A DNA stretch of 64,000 nt from Glaucostegus cemiculus (Eukaryota). The position numbers and the translations under genes are program-made. Of the stretch, positions 12,304-24,689 are shown in pieces. The stretch's first letter is position 1; every line of letters begins with the position of its first letter. Below the pieces are notes generated by a model, which did not search any database, had not been told where the DNA came from, and was given only the letters and a program-made list of their open reading frames with translations. The stretch is taken from NCBI GenBank assembly GCA_976551045.1, contig CDPCPM010000164.1:5766001-5830000 (forward strand), written 5' to 3'.

Positions 12304-13289
12304 GTAATCAGAGCATAGCTCAAAGATTCACACATTGCTGTGAAGCATAAAATTCCCTGTTTCTTTTCTGACAAAAGCTGAGAATGAAATTATGAATGTG
12401 CATGTCGAAAGATATCTTTTGAGGGCATCTGGTACCATGACTAATGCACAAGTGAGTGGTTCCTCCACAAACAGTAGAAATCATCTTGAAACGCTTCTGT
12501 CAGAGTAGTTCGAAAAATCAGTGAGAGGAAGTCGGCATCACAAGCTGCCCATCTGGAGTCCATGCTGATATTAAAGAAACGGCTGTCAGTTTTTGAGTTG
12601 AGCCAATTTGTGCAGCTGTGATCTTAAGCAATATATACTTAATTAGGAGCAGACAAAATTGTGTGTCGGACGCACTTATAATGCTTGGGATGGTGGGGGG
12701 AGAGAGCGAGGGAGCATTTTGCTGGTTAATTATCAGTTATTCTCAGTAATTCTTTATTCATTAAGAGTAGATAATTGGTGGTTATTGCACTGCAGATCAT
12801 TAGTACTGGAAGCTTAGTCCCATATCACATGCAATGGTTCTTTTCAATTAAGATCTTAATTATTTAAGAACTCTCATTAAGCAAATATTACTTAGAAATA
12901 TACAGTACAAGTGAAAAAAGACTTAAATATCCTTCTGTTTTTCCCTCAACTGGCCTATGTAATTCTGTTAATGGAATTGTAAGTTGCAAATTTTAAAAAG
13001 TAGTGTGTCTTGTTACTTGTTATCAAATATAATATTTTTGCACATCAATGTTTAAGCAACAGTTAGGTTAATACTGCAGAGCTTCTCTCCAAGTTAACTC
13101 GTACATTAGGACAAAATAAAAAGGTAATTCCTGGAAAGTTACAGCTCACAGTAGGAAAGTTTCAAACATTGCTGGTAACTGAGGGAAATCTTCATTCCAA
13201 TAGCAATGCCCAATGTCACCCAACTTCCTTGAATGCCAAAAAGTCCTTTATATCTTTCCAAATACACAAAGGCACATATGCAATCTTGC

Positions 13290-13480
13290 ATTGCTTCTGG
13301 CAAAAAGATTTCTTTGTAGCTAAAAATTGGGCAGTAGCTTACTTTCTGTTTATTGTTATTTTAAAAGTCACCTTTTTTTAAAAAAAAGTATTGGGTCCGT
13401 TCAAAATAATTCATTGGCTGCAAAGCTCTAGTGGATATTCTGTGGATGTGAAAGGCTTTGTGTAAATGGAAGTTCCTTCA
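13290..13480 (+). mobile_element. Deu-domain SINE 3' tail, decayed
   Basis: aattcattggctgcaaagctctagtggatattctgtggatgtgaaaggctttgtgtaaatggaagt. Confidence 0.45.
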
Positions 13481-15539
13481 AGGTGCTTTTAGTTTAATGA
13501 TTAATGACTAGCAAAACAATATTTTTAATTGTTTATTTTAAGTTTGCAATGTTGCAGCTTTTTCATTTAGCTCAGGTTACTGCTGTATGGTGTGGTAAGC
13601 TTTGAGCATGTGGTCTGAGGAAAATAAGAAATTGCGTGTAAATGGTAAGATCTCTGGATAACATAAGGGAGCATGTTGGAGCTCCCAGGTTAGTACAAAA
13701 TGGGCACTTGGACAGTGATTACTTCGACTTCTAGTGGCTTCACTCAAGTAAGCAAGGAGACATAGAGCAAAACCCGGGTCCCTTTCCACCCCCCCCCAAC
13801 AGAAAAGAGCCAATGGCTAGACTGTCACCTTTTTGCTGCCTGAGGTATTAACAAGAGACCTGTAAACAACTCTAGACCTATTCCACCCACCCCCCAAAAA
13901 AGATACCGGAAAACGCGTGTTCGGGGAGAGAAGGAATCTAAGGATAAAATAAATTAAAGGGGAATGGGAAGGATAAACCAGGGAGATAATACTGATACTA
14001 TTTTCTAAAATGTCGCAGCTAAATTGATATATTTGAAGTCGGCAAAATGAAATGTAAACAGCTGAGATGCATTTTTAAGATAATCTTATTTCAAATCAAA
14101 CTGTAATAGATGAACAAATCTATAAAATTGAACGCCAAGCAAGCCTAGTAAATTTTGATTTTCTGCGTCTGAGTTGATAACAAGGAAAGTCACGGAGAAA
14201 TCCTGAAGCAAACATAATTTTAGTCGTAATGGTACAAAGGTTTGTTTTAATAAATTGTACGAGGATGTGTCTGGGTCCAGTATACAAGATGTAAATCGCC
14301 GACACGGCTAATGACAGCCCAGTGTTACAACCCTGACCAGTTTGTGGCAGATTAGTGTGCAAAAGTAGGAAAAGGACTTCCAATTATATACTGCATTTTT
14401 CTTTTGACGTTTTAATTAGCCTCAAAGCCCAGTTTGGAAAGTGGATTATGATGACAGTAATTTCAATCTGTCAGTTTCTTCTAAATAAAATTTACAATGG
14501 CCTTTCAAAAATCTCGTCAAAGGCTTAACACTTCACACTTTGTATTTTCATTGTCGTTTCCTTCTGTAAAGTGTTCTTTGGGGCTGTGTAAAAGCGCAAA
14601 TGTTTATCATGAAGTGCTAATTCGACAAAGCCGTAAAAGATACTCAGTGGATATAGCCACATTCAACTGTGAAGCACCCATCTTAAACCCAAGGCAGTTC
14701 GTTCCACGCTTCAGTCCCCTTAAATAAAATTTACCGACTCCCCCTAGTCATTAACACTAATGGGAAGAAGAGCGTTCCAGGTAAAGTCTGGAGTTTCGCC
14801 TCAGTATGCGTTTGAACATCAGAAGCAGTAGCTTCTAAATCGATCTGTGCATCGTAAGAAAAGGGCAATGCATTTGCAAGCCAGGCCTAGTTCCCCGGTA
14901 ATAGAAATGAGTTTTGCCATTATATGATTTCCTTACAATATCCATTCCTTTGTCTATATAAACCGCTTCAGACAGTGGACCTTTCCCGGCGACGCGGAGT
15001 TTAGAATGGGATCCCGCTTTAGAATGTAATCTTGTTAACAATAAAATGAATCGGGAGTCCCTGAGAACTGGTGTAAAATGCGAGGCACTTGTACAATCCA
15101 GCATAAATCCATTTTAAAAGATTCACCTTGCAGGTAAGGTTAGTTAAAGCACGTGGGAGAAAATGGAACTCTTTTTTTGTCAACCACCTCGGCATTTATT
15201 GCAACAATTTTCATTCCATTGTGGTCTTGCTGCCGTTTAGTCATTTTCAAATGTATATAATGCAAAATACTGGAAGTATGAACGCGTGATGCATTTCAGA
15301 CGAATGTGTCACTTTACGAGAGACGCACGTTTACGTCTGTCTTCAAGTAAATGTGCTGCTCCTTTTCTGTGTAAATGTCATGCGCATTTTTTCTATTGTT
15401 GCAACCAGTGCATTGTGAAAACAAATCAAAAACTGGCCTGATGTAGTCTTTAAAAGGTCATTGCCACTGGTAGAAATAATGAGCCCGGTCTGAAGCCTTC
15501 ACGATGTTGAAAGTTCATAGTGTCTAAATATCGTGGGAG

Positions 15540-16048
15540 TCTCCTTTATTGGTCCCCTTTCCTTAAGAAAGGACATAAGATTGGAGGTAACCCAGAAAAG
15601 GTTTATTGGGTAAGTTCCTGGAATCAGAGGATTGTCCTATCAAGAGAGGTTACAGGTTGGGTTTGCATTCTTTGGGGTTCAGATGAATGAGAGGTGATCT
15701 CATTGCAATGCCTAAAATCCCAAAGAGACGTGACGGGAGATGTGGAGACTGGTGGGAGAGACGCTAACGAAGGAACAGAAGGGGGTGGTCATTGAAGACT
15801 GGTGTGCGTAGGAAGTTCTTGCAGAGGATGTGAATTTCTGGAATTCTCTAACCCCTGTTGGTTGTGGAGACTAGATCTCTGGAGGTATTTACTCGGGAGG
15901 TAGATACTTTTTGAAAGATATTGAAATTGAGGTCAGTGGGGAACTGGCACAGAAGAAGAGATGAGATCTGGGGCAGATCAGCCAGAATCATAATGAATAG
16001 CAGGGCAGGTTTGAGGTGCAGAGTGTCCTCCTTATGTTTTCTTGTGTT
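15540..16048 (+). mobile_element. Decayed CR1 LINE 3' end
   Basis: tggtcccctttccttaagaaaggacata...gaatgagaggtgatctcattg...tctggaattctcta...cagatcagcca. Confidence 0.8.
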
Positions 16049-16049
16049 C

Positions 16050-16360
16050 CAGTATCTAATCATTCCAGTAACGACCCAGGACATGAGCCCGGCTGAGATC
16101 TCCCTAGTGTGACGACACATTCTTTATTCTATGTTCTCCCACTCGCTCATTGGCCGGACAACCTTGTTTACAGTCTATCCGCTTGGTCACCCCAGTTTTA
16201 CTCCATCAGAAACACCCTCCCTTCTGTCTGACGAAGGGCCCCCCAACCGAAACTCTTCTTTCTCCCCCCCCCCCCCCCAGATGTGGCCGGACCTGCTGAA
16301 GATTGCCAGCATTTTCTGTTTTTATTTTAAATCTCCAGCTTCTGCAGTATTTCCTTGCAC
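16050..16360 (+). mobile_element. Penelope-like pLTR with degenerate hammerhead core
   Basis: CTGACGAagggccccccaaccGAAA (16228-16252) followed by gacctgctgaagattgccagcattttctgtttt. Confidence 0.65.
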
Positions 16361-16994
16361 TATCACCTTGAACGCCCCTTTACACGGCAAATGATGTCCT
16401 CCTTTAAGAGTGTTTTTGAAGTATTTGAAATTGCTTCTCTTCCAAGGTCCCATTGGTTTATAAACAGAGGGAAGCGACAAAGAACGAGGAGGCAAACTAG
16501 CAGTTCGAATTTCGGTTATTTCTACATCAGGAGTTATAATTTCCATCACATTCATATTCAGTTTTAATTCCTTTTATTAGAACTTTGGTTGGCACTCTTC
16601 TTTAAAAAAAAAGTTTGAATACTCACGAACCAAAATCTATAACGCAGGAAATGCGGCAAATACTCAACACAATGGGCGGCATTTGATTTCAGATCTACAG
16701 TATCCGCAGCTTTTTTTCTGATTTTTCAAAAAATTGTACAATGCCGGTTTAAGTGACAGATCCCTTCAGCACACCGCCTTACTGAATATTTATACCTTCT
16801 TGATGTTGGTTGAAATGCCCTGTTCAGTGTCATAGTAATCCAAATATAAACATTATTCACAATAAAATATATTTACAAAAGGGGAAAAAAGCACAATGCA
16901 AAACTCTTACGATTTGCAAAGAAGATGCAGAATTATTAATGGCTGTTTAGCGTAGAAAGTTCATCATCAGAGTGCCCACCCAGCATTAAGTTAT

Positions 16995-17200
16995 TTAAAA
17001 GACAGACTTCCATTCGTATACTATCTTTCACATTGCTTTCAGAGGCACCCAAAACATCTCGCTGTCAATGGGGGTACTTTCTGAGGTGTTGTAAGATCAT
17101 TCTCTCAGTTCTGCATTGAAGTGTCGGCCTGAACTTTCGCTCAAGTCTCTCAGCTCAAAATGGAACCATCATTTGGGAAATCAGCAACCGAAAGATACTG
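16995..17200 (-). mobile_element. Deleted Deu-domain SINE
   Basis: aaagacagacttccattcgtata...ctcagttctgcattgaagtgtcggcctgaactttcgctcaagtctct. Confidence 0.45.
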
Positions 17201-17881
17201 AAGGATCCGTCCCGAGATTTATTTTCTGTCGGGCTGTGAAGGTGATTGGCTCGGCGGTAATTGTTAGTATCCACCCCCCCGAACTAAGCGATTTACTGAG
17301 CTATTTCAGCGGGTTGTTAAGAGTTAACATCACCGTCTGTTTAGAGTCAGATATAGACCATTCTGGGTAAGGATAGACACCCATCCTAAAAACACCCTTC
17401 CCTGGAATATCATTGCTGAACAGATATTTTTTTTTACCCATTTGTTTCCATTTTCACATTGGGGTTTAAAGTCATCACACAAGCCCTCAGGTTATAAGTA
17501 ATATTGACAAGGGCGCACGCAGTGCACGGGCTCCCGCCACTGCCAGCAATCGTTCTGCTCCCTAAGGGCGTGTCCACATATGCGTAAAATATGTCTGTTT
17601 AAACATTTAAATTCCTGTAAAAGTTCCTCTGAAACCTTTCGCACTATTATCAACCAATAGCTACGGACACTTGTTCATTGTTTTTAAAGCCAATGGGCTA
17701 TGTACACCAAAATATATGTTTACCAAAGTTAACCAATTCCAGAATGTATGCCTAGTGAATGATCGAACGGTTCCCGTGTGTCGGTGTTGCCTTTGATTGA
17801 AAGAATTAACAATTATAATATCAATCTCCGATCCAGTTTACATCACTTATGATTTCTCCGTTCTTTCTAGCAGAGTTGCAA

Positions 17882-18958
17882 GTGAGGGAGAAAAAAGGAA
17901 CACATTTCTTCCGAAATTTTAATTTAGTACTTCCGACTGCTTTCCAAAATGTTTTTGTTTGCATACTGTACACTTTTGGGTTCCGCGGAAGCTGAGTGTA
18001 TTCTGAACACAATTGCTGGCAGTCTGTGCCGTGTTCAGTTTGTTATGATTTGCCTTGAAACGTTGTTGCAACATTTGATAAGCGTGTAGCGGGATATTTA
18101 TTCCCCTCAGGAGGGAACTGTTGCAAATTACAATGTATCGAAATGTGCTGGTTCCCACTGGTGGTACTTTCTAGACCATATACAAAAAAAAATCCTTCAA
18201 TGAGAATTTTTTGCCGGTTTTGGACAGAGCACCACAATAAAGGTTGTGTTTATGACATACTTTAGACAATGGGACAAAATATACATTAAAAAAGGAATCA
18301 ACCGTTAGACTTGTTCTCTGTCAAATGTTGTTCTAAAAACAGCCCGATTACAGCGTGACCTATAGCTCATTACTTGATACTCAGCACGCAAACTATCATA
18401 ACCCATTAGACTTGTAAATCCCGAGGCTTATTCAACGCAGTGGGAATCTGTGTATACAGGAAAATAGTCGTATAAAGTTTATATAGGTGTGTGTGTATGT
18501 ATATATATATATACATTTAAGCAGGCAACACATCCATATGTTGCTGATAATTATTTTTCTTTTCAGTTTTTTTTTTAAATACGTACTTGTGTGAGCTTTT
18601 CTGTGACTGAATTGATATTTGCAACTATTTGTGGTTACACGTTTGTGTACGTGATTGAATGGCTGTCGGTGTTTGTACGTTTGACTGTATGGTTGTGTCC
18701 GTGTTTGTACTGTATGTTTCACTATGTTCCTGTTTAGATGCTGATGTTTGTGGCTGAGTTGGGCTAAGAGCGATTTTATTTATTTGTGTTTAAATGTAGG
18801 TGCCCGTGAGGGAGAAAAAATGAACAATTTTATTCAGAAAATTTAATTTAATACTTCCGACTGCTTTCCAAAATGTTTTTTGTTTGCATACTGTAAACTT
18901 TTGGGTTCCATGGAAGCTGAGTGTATTCTGAATACAATTGCTGGCAGTCTGTACCGTG
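17882..18958 (+). repeat. Local direct duplication of ~150 bp of non-TE sequence (17882-18033 and 18806-18958)
   Basis: gtgagggagaaaaaa...tacttccgactgctttccaaaatgttttt...ggaagctgagtgtattctgaa.acaattgctggcagtctgt.ccgtg present twice. Confidence 0.9.
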
Positions 18959-20149
18959 GTCTGATTTGGATATCAGTTCTCGAGTATGCGCTTCTACTCG
19001 ATTGGAGTGTAGTTTATTGTGGGTCTAGGGGTCCTTGTGGTGAGACATTTATACATTGAGGACTCCGTGAATAAAGTTCTGTTCTCACGCGCTGAGAATA
19101 AGTTGGAAACGTACATATAAACTAATACTTGGATGTGAAGCAAACAAAACCCTACAATACCATCAATGTTCTTAGTGTCTGCTCTTTAACTTCTAGTGTA
19201 ATATCCTTAACGAACTGAACTTTTAACTTCGCGAGTGTCATACTGCCACTCAAACATTCCTGTTTTTCTTATATACCGCATAATATTTTATCACTTTTGG
19301 ACATATCACATTTTGATCTATAGTCAGTGAACACGGACCTGGAAGTATGACCAGCTTATACCGGACATTTATTATTATCACTAAGGTACTTCTGTGACGT
19401 TAGTTTATAAACTAATGAAATATGTTTTTCTTTGTCTTTGTGTGTCTCACAGTCACGATGTGTTAGTGAAATTCGTTGCAGACGATTCACCGTTGCCTTA
19501 AGCTTCATGTCTTCGGTGCCCGGATTTCTTTCTGGCCAAATTAGTAACAAAGTCCTTGAGAAAATCTTTCATTCTCCGACCTTCTTGTCTGCTCCCCCCT
19601 CCCCCCCCCCTTCCCGAATCCAACATATAGAGGTTTTCTTAATCTGTGCTCCGAGGGTCCTGTACAAAGATACCCAGTGCTGGCTATTAATTTTAGAAAC
19701 AAACTCATTCCCAAAACATCCCCACATGTGTTAGGATTACAGTTAAAACTAATTGTACATTTTTTAACATCGGATTGTTTTTAGAAGTACCTATGGACCT
19801 TTCTGCGCTGAAAGCAAACGGCATTTTAGTGTTTTCTCAAATAAATTTAAATATCTATTTATAAATACCCCATAAATGTCACGAAGGAGCAAATTGCAAG
19901 GAGGAATTTTCTACTTCTCGCTTAACGTGAAAATCTCCAGAATCCAAAATCATCAAAATAAAAATTTACAATTTTATTCCAGGGTCTGATTTTCACACGA
20001 TTACAACGAGGCCACAAACCGGCCCTGTTGGAGTGAGAAACGTTCTGGAGGTATTCTAAACATGCGTGTTCCTCTCAGAATAAAATAAGGCCCCTTTGCA
20101 AAGAAAAAGACCAGAAGCACAAACTATTCCTCCCTCCCCAGCCTGAAAT

Positions 20150-20520
20150 AATAGTTCCTCATTTTTCAACCATAGAGTGCAATTTTAGTTACCATGACAG
20201 TAACTAATTACTCTTTAAGATGGGCTGCTATATAAACAATTTGACAGCTCTTTGCTGGGAATCTCATCAGAAATAATTCTGGGTAGAGAACATGTGGGTA
20301 TTTTTGATGTGAGGCTCTCCATTTAGATCATCTTAATTAAAATTCTTTTGGTGGAGAAGAGGAGGTAGAATAAAAGCTAATTGCAGACACTAATTATAAT
20401 AGTACTGGGCTGCAGTACTAGACCACTTACACCAAAAATATTATCCATAAAAATATATGAATTAATTGTGATATATAAAAAGCAAATATATACCTGTCAG
20501 CATTTAAAATTGTTGCAGAA
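20150..20520. promoter_or_regulatory. Enhancer-like block / possible conserved non-coding element
   Basis: TE-free and AT-rich, with clustered TGACAG/CTGTCA (TALE-type) and TAATTA homeodomain motifs; motif inference only. Confidence 0.35.
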
Positions 20521-22049
20521 TTAAATGGAAATCAACCATTCTTTTGTTTGGCATAGTTGAGGATTTCAGTTTGGGTCATTAATTCTGAGTATAATCCAAG
20601 AGTAATTGGGAGTGCACTCGTATAATCCATTGTGTACATATTTTACAAGTGTGTGTGTGTGTTTTTCATTGTGTGTGACTGACCTTTCTTGAATACCTGT
20701 GGACAGATGGAAGGCTCATTTCTTTTTATACATTATATATATGTAGTAAATCACGCTCTCTTTGCCCTAAAGGCAGTAAGGCTGAAACTCTCCTGACAGA
20801 ATATACGTAACATTTATACTTGTCATTAAACTATTGAAGTGGAAAAAATACTGGCTGACTTCACCAGCAAAAATAGGAGCTCCCTTGTCCTTGATCATTC
20901 CTCAGTTTACCAGCTTACAGCTCTTACATCAGAAATTTTCAAACAAATATGAACCACATATACTTGTGTTCCTCTGTTTTACAAAGGAATGACTTATGGA
21001 TGAGGTAGGTGAAAATGATTTGTGTCAGGGCCATGCACACAACGGGAGGGTGGGGTTGGGGGTGGTGGGGGGGGAGTAGAAAGGGTTGCCAACAGTGGAC
21101 TGCCCCAGCCAATTATCAGCTTAAAAATATCTATGGCATAAATAATGGATACACACACGTGTTCACCGCATAGCATTTAAGACATGCGTGCTTGACCGCC
21201 AAGGTCCAGCAAATTTGCATTTCGGCATGCGGCCTAGATTTGGCAGAGATTTCCTTTTTGACAAGTGACAGTGTCATCCCTGAACATTCAACTATGTTGT
21301 TGAAAATTGTGCTGCACACTTAGTTTAATAAGTAAACGTTCCTTGCCGGATTTGTTCAGGATTTGTTTAGAACGGTGCAGAGTGTCGCTGGCAGCACAAG
21401 TGTCACTAAAGAAACACTGCATCTGAAAACTGCTGAGCTAAAGTCTTTGCAGTGCGTCTCCAGTATCGAATTATCCCCTTCGCTCCTGCCCCCCACTGCC
21501 CCACCCACTCCTCTGACGCTGTCCCGCTTAGTTGGTTGTGTCATGCACTCCTTATAAAGCAGACAGTGTGGTTTCCTTTCTAAATTCAATCTGAACGAGG
21601 TGTTCCAGACACTTGGCTGTCCAAGCAACAGACTATTTCAATGCTTCCATTTTCCTCTTCTCCTTCTTTCCCTAGTTTCAGTTTGAAAAGCTGAATGTCC
21701 AAGTCAAGCCAGATCATCTATTTGTTTTCCAGTGGCAGTTTTTTTACTGTATAATTACTGTTTTTGTTTCAATTGATTCCCCAGGGACAAACAATTGAAA
21801 CTAGTAATGCACTTTTGGTTTAACACTTAAGTGAATATCGTAATAAATGTCACAAATTCTACAAGCATTGAAATCTGTGCACCTGTCAATCACAAGTGTG
21901 TAGAGATTATCAACCTGAAAGATTATAGAAATTGTAGCTAAAGTTTTCCACTTGCAAAGATGACAGTCATAAAAGGAATGAATTATAAAGTTATGATGAT
22001 CATATAAATCTAGGTGTTAAGATTAACAGGTGGTCACATTTATATACTA

Positions 22050-22430
22050 ACCTTTACAAAGTGCCTTTGCAGTCAATGAAGTATATTTTAATGTATAATG
22101 TAGGAAAATGTGATTCCAAATGTCACACATCATTTTCCCCATAACCAGCTATGAATCACTGATAGATGTGATAAGGGTATACTGGCCAGGATTACAGGAG
22201 AACTCTCTTGTTCTTAATCAGATTGTGGCATGGGATCTTTTACATCCATGTGAGAGGGCCGATATATCCTTGGTTTAAGCTCTCACTTGAAAGGCAGATC
22301 TCACCTGGTTGTGCAGCATCTTCTCAGAGAGTCAGGCTAGATTTTGTGCTCATGTTTTGGGGTGTGGGAGTTAAACACACAATTTGCCACTTAGGAGGTG
22401 AAGTTTATGCATTAAGCCATAGCTAACATC
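22050..22430 (-). mobile_element. Near full-length Deu-domain SINE (SacSINE1-like)
   Basis: tggccaggattacaggagaactc...gcatgggatcttttacatccatgtgagagggccga...ggtttaa...gtcaggctagattttgtgctca. Confidence 0.7.
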
Positions 22431-22829
22431 ACAATATGTTGTTTCACAGAGGTATGTGTTATTGGCTCCGTCTGTTTGTTTACATGTTTACACCACAGGT
22501 GCTTGCCACCTCCCTGCATTAGAGAAGGGGGAAAGCGACCAGTGCCCTCAGTGGAATAGGCACATAAAAGTCTTGGTTGATTTAGTCAATGTTAGATTTT
22601 TTTTCCAGTAGATATTATTTTGGAATACAGTTTGTGAGTAATCTGAGACAAGATATGTAAATGTGGTGTACCTGGGAGGAGCAGGTCTCTTCGGACATAG
22701 AGTTCCCAAAATTTTTGCCCACTGAGGGGTGGGTTTATTATGGATTAACTGACAGTGAATCAATGTCTTGATTGGTTAACAATCTCATTACTGCTGCAAC
22801 ATATTACTACCAGAATAGTAAGTGAACAA

Positions 22830-23210
22830 GATCCCATCCTTTATTCCTTGGTCCACTGCCCTCTCCTACCGGATTCCTCCTCCTTCAGTGCTTGGCCTCT
22901 TTTACCTATCACCTCTCAGTTTATCACATCTTCTCCCCCCTCCCCCACCCACCTACCTTCCCCCTCTCATCTGGACTCACCTATCACCTGAACTGACCTA
23001 TCCCCTGCCTGTGTGTGCTCCTCCCCCTACCTGCCCCCTCACCTTCTCATTCTGGCTTCTTCCCTCTTCCTATCCAGTCCTGATGAAGGGTCTCGGCCCG
23101 AAACGTCGACTGTTTATTTCCCTCCATGGATGCTGCCTGACCTGCTGAGTTCCTCCAGCCCTTTTTTTTATGTATTACTCCAGATTCCAGCATCTGCAGA
23201 ATTTCTTACG
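22830..23210 (+). mobile_element. Penelope-like pLTR (pyrimidine-rich tract, hammerhead, conserved 3' block)
   Basis: C/T-rich tract, then ctgatgaagggtctcggcccgaaacgtcgac...gatgctgcctgacctgctgagttcctccagc...cagattccagcatctgcag. Confidence 0.85.
23075..23112 (+). ncRNA. Minimal type I hammerhead ribozyme motif
   Basis: Helix I CAGUC/GACUG; core CUGAUGA plus one extra A; helix II GGGU-cucg-GCCC; GAAA; palindromic ACGU helix III; predicted cleavage after GUC (C23107). Confidence 0.75.
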
Positions 23211-23869
23211 TCAAGTGAACAAGATGGATTTTGGGCCTCATGGCTTTTGCTTATTGCTGTCAAAGTGTGATTCTTCTTGTAGTTTCTAAGGAATTGCCTT
23301 TTTTTGTTTTCTGTCAAGTTAACAGGGTGAGGAGGCATTTCTCTTTCATGTCTTGCTACAATATTTTGATTTTTTTAAAAATTCTCGCAAAATGTAACTC
23401 CAAAATATATCTGTTTGTAAAAAATCTAGTTCAGGGAGACTTGTTTCTCTTTGCCTTTCAAAAATGCTCATTTACACACATATTCGGTATGAACCTCAGC
23501 AATCGTTCCTCTATCTTCTGGCAGGGGAAGGCAAAACAGGGGTTTTAAGTCATAAAATTAAACCCCAGTCATTTAGGGATGACATCAGGAAGCAGCTCAT
23601 CATATGAGTGATAGTGGAAGCTCCAATCTCCATTCCCCAAAATGCTGCTCAGGTTGGTGGTCAATGAAGTCTTCTCAGTGGAATCTGGGAAATCCTGACT
23701 AAATGTTCAGACTGAGGGCAAGCAATGGCACCAGACAACTTCTCTGATTTGAAAATTGATAGCTGATTGGAGACGAAATGAAAGTCATGTCTAGACGCTA
23801 AAGATGAACTCTTGATTTCCCAATCTAACTCATGGCAGTTCTTTGCATTTTTTTGTTTACCTGGACTAC

Positions 23870-24250
23870 ACTTATCATCGAGGAGGGGATACAGGAGCCT
23901 GAAGACCCACACTCAACGATTGAGAAACAGCTTCTTCCCTTCTGCCGTCAGATTTCTGAAGGGTCCATGAATCCAGGAACACTACCTCGTTATTCCTCTT
24001 TTGCACTATTTATTTATTTTTGTAATTTATAGATCTTGTGTCTTTGCGCTGTAGTGCTGGCACAAATTTCATGTCATGTATATCAGAGATAATAATTCTG
24101 ATTCTCTGTAGCTACAACACTATATTCTGCATTCTATTTTCTTTTTACTACCTTAGTGTACTTATGTACGGCATGATCTGCCTGGAGGGCACACAAACAA
24201 AGGTTTTCACTGTATCTTGGTACATGTGACAATAATAAACCAAACCAACC
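23870..24250 (+). mobile_element. Rex1/Babar LINE 3' ends (two adjacent tails)
   Basis: acaggagcctgaagacccacactcaacgattgagaaacagcttcttccc (RSLKTHTQRLRNSFFP); tails gataataattctgattct and catgtgacaataataaacc. Confidence 0.75.
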
Positions 24251-24284
24251 AAATCAGCTATCAATTTTAGGGGGGTTTTGAAAT

Positions 24285-24580
24285 TCAAAACAACTGCAGA
24301 TGCTGGAAATCTGAAATAAAAACAAAGTACTGTAAACAGTAGAGGGCAGGCAACATTTGTGGAACAAGTAATAAAATTAATGTGTTAGGTCAACAATGCT
24401 TCATCAGAACAGGATTGAGCTTTGATAGGCAACAACACATGTAGATTAGGCTAAAATACGAAGTAACCATAATCTAATTAAATAGTTGAGCTAAAAACAA
24501 TCTGCTGGAGGAACTAGGCAGATTGAGCAGCATCTGTGGGGGGCGGGGGGGAAAGAAGGAATTGCTGATGTTGCGGTCAA
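24285..24580 (-). mobile_element. Two Penelope pLTR fragments
   Basis: ctgcagatgctggaaatctgaaataaaaaca...cttcatcagaac, and ctgctggaggaactaggcag...gcagcatctgtgg. Confidence 0.6.
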
Positions 24581-24689
24581 TAGTTGAGCTGCTTGGAGCA
24601 TCTAAGTGACATATTTCTGTCCTCTGTATAAATGGGAAGGAAAACACTCCAGGCATTTAACTTTTGGCTAAATCTCACTGTTAATGGAA

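Noticed and set aside
21158-21210. miR-124-like sequence (gtgttcaccgc)
   Set aside because: Only a short partial match, with no mature miRNA sequence or hairpin
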